IMG/VR virus record: IMGVR_UViG_3300042863_002994
Reading direction: 5' to 3' (one strand)
DNA length: 20,000 bases
DNA from: an uncultured virus (IMG/VR IMGVR_UViG_3300042863_002994)
Lineage: Duplodnaviria > Heunggongvirae > Uroviricota > Caudoviricetes
Shown here: positions 15,501 to 20,000 of the stretch, one piece after another
Layout of the letters: every line of letters starts with the position of its first letter
Position numbering within the stretch: the stretch's first letter is position 1
Notes under the pieces: model-generated
What the model was told of the DNA's origin: nothing
Seen by the model: the letters and a program-made list of their open reading frames with translations, nothing else
The model's database searches: none
Position numbers and translations under genes: made by a program

Positions 15501-18500
15501 GGTTCATAGGAGTTGCATCAGGAGGAAACTTCGGTAAAACAAATATTCCTTTTGAAAAAACAAGAATATGGCAAGGAACATTCTCAAATGTAAATATTAT
15601 AAATGCAGATTTCACTAGTGGTGATTTCTTAGATTCAAATAATACTCAGGCTACTGCTTCTATTTATTGGAATTCAGGAGTATTTAAAAAGGGTGTTTTT
15701 GGTACAAAGGATGATTTAAATTATTCACCTTATCTTACATCTAATAACAGATCGATTTGGAAAGATGGTATCTTCAGTGGTGGTGATTTTAAAAACTCTG
15801 CTGAATGGAAAGGTGGACAATTTGATGGTGGTAGGTTCTTATCATATTACTGGTATGAACCACTTACACCAAGAACTCCTTTTGAATTGAATTCATTTAC
15901 TTCTGCTTCTTTCTCATGGCAAGGCGGTAAATTTAATGGTGGAGAATTTGGAACAGGAGAACTAGGTAAAAACTCAACTTGGTTCACTGGTGAATTCAAT
16001 GGTGGATTGTTTAAGGCTAGATATTGGAAAGATGGTATATTTACAAGAGGAGATTTCTTAGGACATGCTTCAACATCATCAACAGATTCTGAAAATTATA
16101 ATGAATTTATAAGAAGTTTCAATACCAACTATTTTGGATATTGGCAGGATGGATTTGTAAGTAAAGTAAAAGATAAGTTTATAAAAGATGAGAAATTATT
16201 TACTGAAGTAGAAAGAGTATCTACTAAGAAGAAAAAGAATCCACTCATTAATTTCAAAAATATGTTATGGAATTCTGGAACATTCTCAGCATTTGATGGT
16301 GAGATGGATAATTCAGTTTGGTTAGATGGTACTTTTCAAGATGGATATTTTGTAAATTCTGCTTTTAATCCTTATATAAATTTGGCAAATTCTAAGTTGT
16401 TGTTTGAGACAGTTCTTACCCAGTTTGCGCCAACAGGTCTTATAAGTAATTTCATAGGATTCGCTCCATATAGTTTTATCAATAGGAATAGTGATGGTTC
16501 ATATACAATAGAAACATCTAGTCCACCACAATCTCAATTTGCATCACTTTCTCAGACTTTAAATATCGGTGAGACTTATACTATACAATTAGAGGTTTTG
16601 TCAAATATAAATTATGAAATTTATATAGAAAGTCTTTCAAATATTATTGTTGTATCTGGTCAGACCGGTATAATAAATTATACATTTACATCAAATCTGA
16701 GAAGATTAGAATTAATATTTAGATGTTCTCCTCCGTTGGCAACACATAGTTTGACATTTAGGAATCTTATAATTTATCCAGGCACTCAAAGTGGTTTTAG
16801 AATAACTGATTCGTGTATATGGGAAAATGGTGAAGCTTATTCATCGGACTTTTATTTCTCAAAATGGAAACAAGGGATTTTCGATTCTTTTTCGGATTCT
16901 CTACAAGGAAACGCATGGGGATTGGTTTGGCAGAACGGTATAACAAAATATATGAATGCTTATAATGTATTTTGGGAAAATGGTATTTGGAAAAATGGTA
17001 ACTGGAATGGATCCCCATTTTCACAGAAAGTTGATCCAACATGTACTGAAGTTATTTTGAATGGTGATTTTTCTGTTCAAATTTGTAATTCACAACCTTG
17101 TGTTGATAATTGGTTTGAGGTAGTAAATACTGGATCTACATTATTAAATCAAACATCAAATGGGTTAGAATTTACGACTTTATCAACATCACTTCTATTC
17201 GAAAATTTATTAGTAATTGATCAGAGTTCATCACTTATAGTTGGGAATGAATATACTGTTCTTATTTCTATCTCGAGTACGACTACTCTACCTTTTGTAA
17301 TTTATGTAGGAGATTCATCTACGATTACTCTTTCCCCGCCTAATGATTCAATAATTGTTGATAATCAATTTGGAAATAATAGTTCAGGAACATTTCCCTT
17401 ATCTTTCACTGCACAATCAACAGATTTTAGAATATTTATTAATGCGAATCAGGCGATTAATACAACAATAACAATATCAAGTGTATCTGTGACGAGTTGT
17501 ACAGAAACTTTGGTTTATCCTGGTTTCTCATCTGATATAATAAATAATATATCTTTATATTCAACTCAAAGTTCTGCAACATATTCAAATAGATGGTTTG
17601 GTGAATTGCATATGAATGATACCTTTAAGGTAATTGGTGTGCCAACGGCATTATTATCAGATGAAGAACTTGTAAATGGATTTCTTCCAAATGGGAATGT
17701 TACTCAATTGGGTGGTAATTCTTGGATACATGCAACAAATTCGAGTTATCCATTTCCTAGTCCTCCTTTTTTCTCTCCACCAGGAACCTTACCAACTGCT
17801 ATTATCGGTTTGCCTCTTTCGTTTCTCGGAAAAGATCTACATTCTGTATATGATGTTTGGAATTCTAATAATGATTTTCTTTATGTAACTGCATCTGGAA
17901 CAACTGATATATTCAATCAAATAGGAGATTATCAAATTGAGATTGAGTATTTTGTTACTGCAAAAATAAAAGGTTCCGTAGGTATAACACAATGGAATTT
18001 TAATTTTGATATCTTTGTTGGTCCAGATAATGACGTACATACTGTAGATGAATCAATACAATTATTTGGTCCTTTACCGGCTTTAGGATTGTTACCTATT
18101 TATAATATTCCAAACGGAACTCTTATAAGAATGGGTTGGTCTGGCATAAAAACAAAAACAATACCATATACTGTTAATTCTATTCAAACTGGTAATGGAG
18201 TAAAGATAAGACTATCAGATTTTCCATATAATACGCCATCTCTGAATACTTTTTATAATACTACATTAGGAGGAGATGCAAGACTTTTTATAACAAAAAT
18301 TTCCGTTGAGAAAAAGAAAATAGAATATGATCCAGCAACAAATAATCAATTATGGCAACCTCTTAACTGGTCACCTCAAATTGGACAGAATATCGTTTTG
18401 CCTGATAGTAATGTATCATCAGGTATAATTTACAACGCAAATGGCGTAAGCAGTAGATTTGGAAATGGTATGTTCAGATCTGGAATATGGGAAAATGGAG

Positions 18501-20000
18501 TTTGGAATGAAGGATGGAGAGAAGATTGGACAACTATATGGTGTGAAAACATATCTAAATTCATTGGTGGAAAAAATCAAGCTTATAAACAAGATGTTTG
18601 GACTTGGAATTTTACTTTAGATATACTACTTTCTTCTAGTTTAAATAATTATCCTGGATTTTTAGATGATTATAAAGTAGGAGAAAAAGTATCAGTTGGT
18701 AATATTATAACAATTGATATAAATGGAAACAGAAGATTAATAAGAGATTCTGCAACAATTATATCAAAAGGTTCGGATAAAATTGAATTACAAGTTACAA
18801 TAAACTTCCCTATAAGAAATATTGAGAAAGATTCTGATGAACATCTTATTTATGTTTCAAAAAATGTTTGGTTGAATGGTGTATTTTTAAATGGTAGATT
18901 TAAAAACGGAGTTTGGAACAATGGTCTTTTCCAAGGATTCCCTTATATAAGTAATTTAGATGATTCTCATTGGATTGATGGTATATTTAAAGGTGGTAGA
19001 TATGTTTCAGAAACATCAAACTATACTAAAAATAATTCGACATTTGTATATCATACTGGGGTGATTCAGAATTTTGAATTCTATGATCAGAATGTATCTG
19101 GAAAACCTTTCGAATTTAAATTTAATTCTTGGATAGATGTAAATTATTATGAAACAGAAGGAGTTAATATAAACCGTGTTAATCAGTCATATAAACAAAC
19201 TTCTTTAGGATTTACTACCTCTTTCACTGAGAATAATCATTATGGATATCCTACAAAAGATGTTCTTTCATCTATATCAACAATAAGAAATGGATTTGAT
19301 CTAAATTCTCGTAGTTATAGATTGGGGTGGAAATGGAAAGAATATAATAACTTCTTAGTTGATGTTGGAGAGTTTGTAGATATAAATGAGATAAGATATT
19401 TGAATAATAATCCACTTGTATTAACACCAATTGATCAATTTGGAATAAATAATTTTATTAATGATGGTTGGTCGTTTGATTATTTTGGACCAAGTAATAG
19501 TTTTGCTGGAAATGTGAATTCAATAAGATCAAATATAGGAAATTTAGATTCTGAATTCCTTTATGTTGAAAGTAATAGAGTTACGCCTTTAGTTTACCCA
19601 ATTGATAGCACTCAGAACTTCTCTATTGAGATGTTTGAGAATAGTAATGTTCAAATAGAAAGATTAAGATATAATTTTATAGAAATAGAATCTGATAATT
19701 TAATTGCAACACAATCGAATTTATATTTAAATCCTATTGTTTTCTATAATAATTATCCAGCTTCTTATTCAATAGCTGCGAATTTTACTTTATTCTCTGG
19801 AAGAGAAATTTCAATTCCAATAAATCAAATAAAATCACCATCTGTGGTTAATCAAAGAGAATATTTCTTTAATAAGCCTAAATTAGAAATGATTTTATTT
19901 TCTAATGCTACATATTCATTAAGATTTAAGAAGATAAGATTTGTGGAAACTGATATGATTCCGTTTATGCAGATAGCTTCTGATTGTTTTTCCAAAATAT
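12572..20000 (+). CDS. Giant protein (>2476 aa, runs off the window) with [WF]xxG pentapeptide beta-helix repeats and inserted beta-sandwich modules; probable virion fibre/spike/baseplate protein
   Basis: ATG 12572 reads MITLPGKVSFQKIEENLPNL..., and the same frame at the window end reads ...RFKKIRFVETDMIPFMQIASDCFSKI. The ORF track reports no stop-terminated ORF in this frame. Repeats include WKKGEFINGDFERSNFETGTFKDGNF and WENGIWKNGNWNG. Confidence 0.88.
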   Translation, partial: MITLPGKVSFQKIEENLPNLTPDQLNNLFSSVSIAPNSLVGINLKELTKGTDKSFSIRLMKWVEPYRIGGFEWSLFYTEVDHNFKVGDRCFIEGGVYDSDAFINQNIYNAGVDGYKVLYVDRTKIVLDISFTGDLPTNEEEIDNFVKVYVASTQYEFDFYSQMLSMRDDSGLIENRFQLGLNNFLYLNGTFSSNLTFNSFASDFQPSATSATLSNSWVIRSTTASTDYFVNITNDVLTNNIVPLLNQSFTQSNSGFFNLEKLRIMNSRFVSGGVTFMNERIYFYNVDTGKWQVDKSYLPTIITKTHFKDGFFGSGSMNSGLYGVHEKRLSYNGSNIQWNLGTTLNVDWLSGVLDSTVYDPESFFTIFDRDGLPQIRSNAENNGGAGYNYVFNTEFSGGDVINGNIFNMSTIIGANSATQSTLLNYYTGQPQSYSVQIKGGVYYNSDISFATMSNSTFISSYVLNSYIERCKSVNSEIESSVFLNSTWISDRIVKIQAYEESNITWYDKFNIPTDYKMYKFYVNDTNWRRLAEFQNFYIDGIEIKIPSDELLRFFDDKFSFGHWSQSYDIPGSKLPRKVLVQLSTKEENRNSPGQIISFDNDLQPNFDNPLPSIDLFISGGDDFNVGSTTSYPRTFIGETIDIKNGYILDSDFISGLFKDSRWISGNYMNYNADYSFSSGSGYTASLTASTAELTLQIGDRLRPELFGTSSNVSTIAFVNGLWYEGIGPNLVKLPDVYKVNGISGSPSQIFLQDIATQSVLSTILDFSNQTYLKTPGAKNQWNYIHPVKFEKSQIFSGVFRRAYFENCLFDNFQFDLEDKDLLDVTNKRKLLVSDVIFDGDGNRIKSGLFQYSHMISGNEDWQNGIFHRGVWNTQIFTYSFSPTSSLTYTTRDVPFKDGIIRNTTWETGNFQNGLFYKNNTNIAGNSQSLSDARLTYYYEGLNTRWSWKKGEFINGDFERSNFETGTFKDGNFYDSDWFIGVASGGNFGKTNIPFEKTRIWQGTFSNVNIINADFTSGDFLDSNNTQATASIYWNSGVFKKGVFGTKDDLNYSPYLTSNNRSIWKDGIFSGGDFKNSAEWKGGQFDGGRFLSYYWYEPLTPRTPFELNSFTSASFSWQGGKFNGGEFGTGELGKNSTWFTGEFNGGLFKARYWKDGIFTRGDFLGHASTSSTDSENYNEFIRSFNTNYFGYWQDGFVSKVKDKFIKDEKLFTEVERVSTKKKKNPLINFKNMLWNSGTFSAFDGEMDNSVWLDGTFQDGYFVNSAFNPYINLANSKLLFETVLTQFAPTGLISNFIGFAPYSFINRNSDGSYTIETSSPPQSQFASLSQTLNIGETYTIQLEVLSNINYEIYIESLSNIIVVSGQTGIINYTFTSNLRRLELIFRCSPPLATHSLTFRNLIIYPGTQSGFRITDSCIWENGEAYSSDFYFSKWKQGIFDSFSDSLQGNAWGLVWQNGITKYMNAYNVFWENGIWKNGNWNGSPFSQKVDPTCTEVILNGDFSVQICNSQPCVDNWFEVVNTGSTLLNQTSNGLEFTTLSTSLLFENLLVIDQSSSLIVGNEYTVLISISSTTTLPFVIYVGDSSTITLSPPNDSIIVDNQFGNNSSGTFPLSFTAQSTDFRIFINANQAINTTITISSVSVTSCTETLVYPGFSSDIINNISLYSTQSSATYSNRWFGELHMNDTFKVIGVPTALLSDEELVNGFLPNGNVTQLGGNSWIHATNSSYPFPSPPFFSPPGTLPTAIIGLPLSFLGKDLHSVYDVWNSNNDFLYVTASGTTDIFNQIGDYQIEIEYFVTAKIKGSVGITQWNFNFDIFVGPDNDVHTVDESIQLFGPLPALGLLPIYNIPNGTLIRMGWSGIKTKTIPYTVNSIQTGNGVKIRLSDFPYNTPSLNTFYNTTLGGDARLFITKISVEKKKIEYDPATNNQLWQPLNWSPQIGQNIVLPDSNVSSGIIYNANGVSSRFGNGMFRSGIWENGVWNEGWREDWTTIWCENISKFIGGKNQAYKQDVWTWNFTLDILLSSSLNNYPGFLDDYKVGEKVSVGNIITIDINGNRRLIRDSATIISKGSDKIELQVTINFPIRNIEKDSDEHLIYVSKNVWLNGVFLNGRFKNGVWNNGLFQGFPYISNLDDSHWIDGIFKGGRYVSETSNYTKNNSTFVYHTGVIQNFEFYDQNVSGKPFEFKFNSWIDVNYYETEGVNINRVNQSYKQTSLGFTTSFTENNHYGYPTKDVLSSISTIRNGFDLNSRSYRLGWKWKEYNNFLVDVGEFVDINEIRYLNNNPLVLTPIDQFGINNFINDGWSFDYFGPSNSFAGNVNSIRSNIGNLDSEFLYVESNRVTPLVYPIDSTQNFSIEMFENSNVQIERLRYNFIEIESDNLIATQSNLYLNPIVFYNNYPASYSIAANFTLFSGREISIPINQIKSPSVVNQREYFFNKPKLEMILFSNATYSLRFKKIRFVETDMIPFMQIASDCFSKI
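15150..16370 (+). repeat. Densest block of [WF]-x-x-G-x pentapeptide repeats in the giant protein
   Basis: WQNGIFHRGVW, WETGNFQNGLF, WNSGVFKKGVFG, WKDGIFSGGDF, WQGGKFNGGEFG, WFTGEFNGGLF, WKDGIFTRGDF and WLDGTFQDGYF. Further blocks occur near 13490-13630, 16820-17010, 18460-18520 and 18870-19000. Confidence 0.85.

Noticed and set aside
14214..18040. ORFs 14214-14492(+), 16797-17042(-), 17676-17888(+) and 17837-18040(-)
   Set aside because: Alternative-frame or antisense ORFs within the giant CDS. The apparently empty 12.5-20 kb region is one gene lacking a stop in the window.
1..20000. Stop-codon reassignment (TAG or TGA recoding as in Lak and some crAss-like phages)
   Set aside because: Genes are full length in code 11, a 7.4-kb frame is open, and TAA, TGA and TAG (helicase) all end genes at sensible positions.
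1..20000. Eukaryotic giant virus or bacterial chromosome origin
   Set aside because: Overlapping coupled genes, an RHH regulator, a bacterial promoter element, T4-like tags and the absence of housekeeping operons fit a jumbo phage better. No hallmark capsid or terminase gene is in the window, so this remains inference.

Overview
AT-rich, densely coding DNA in the standard genetic code. It is most consistent with a T4-like jumbo/megaphage, probably infecting Bacteroidota; this is an inference from gene content, a TAnnTTTG promoter and the lack of Shine-Dalgarno sites. The ORF track misses three genes: a >732-aa probable virion protein (minus strand, 1-2197), a giant >2476-aa protein with [WF]xxG pentapeptide repeats and inserted beta-sandwich modules (12572 to the window end), and a 54-aa ribbon-helix-helix protein (7984-8148). 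Recognisable enzymes are a DinG/Rad3-type Fe-S helicase, a repeat-containing PD-(D/E)xK homing-endonuclease-like gene, an M16 zinc peptidase, a Dam-family adenine methyltransferase, an HD phosphohydrolase and a Pol-beta-type nucleotidyltransferase. The main cross-gene patterns are: a shared N-terminal K-x-F-x-E tag on three unrelated proteins, a shared C-terminal R[ND]xxIxx[LIF][LG] tag on three other unrelated small proteins, a T[AT]ATATATA motif ahead of six genes, and a divergent endonuclease/RHH cassette with 11-bp phased repeats. No tRNA, rRNA or CRISPR array was seen.
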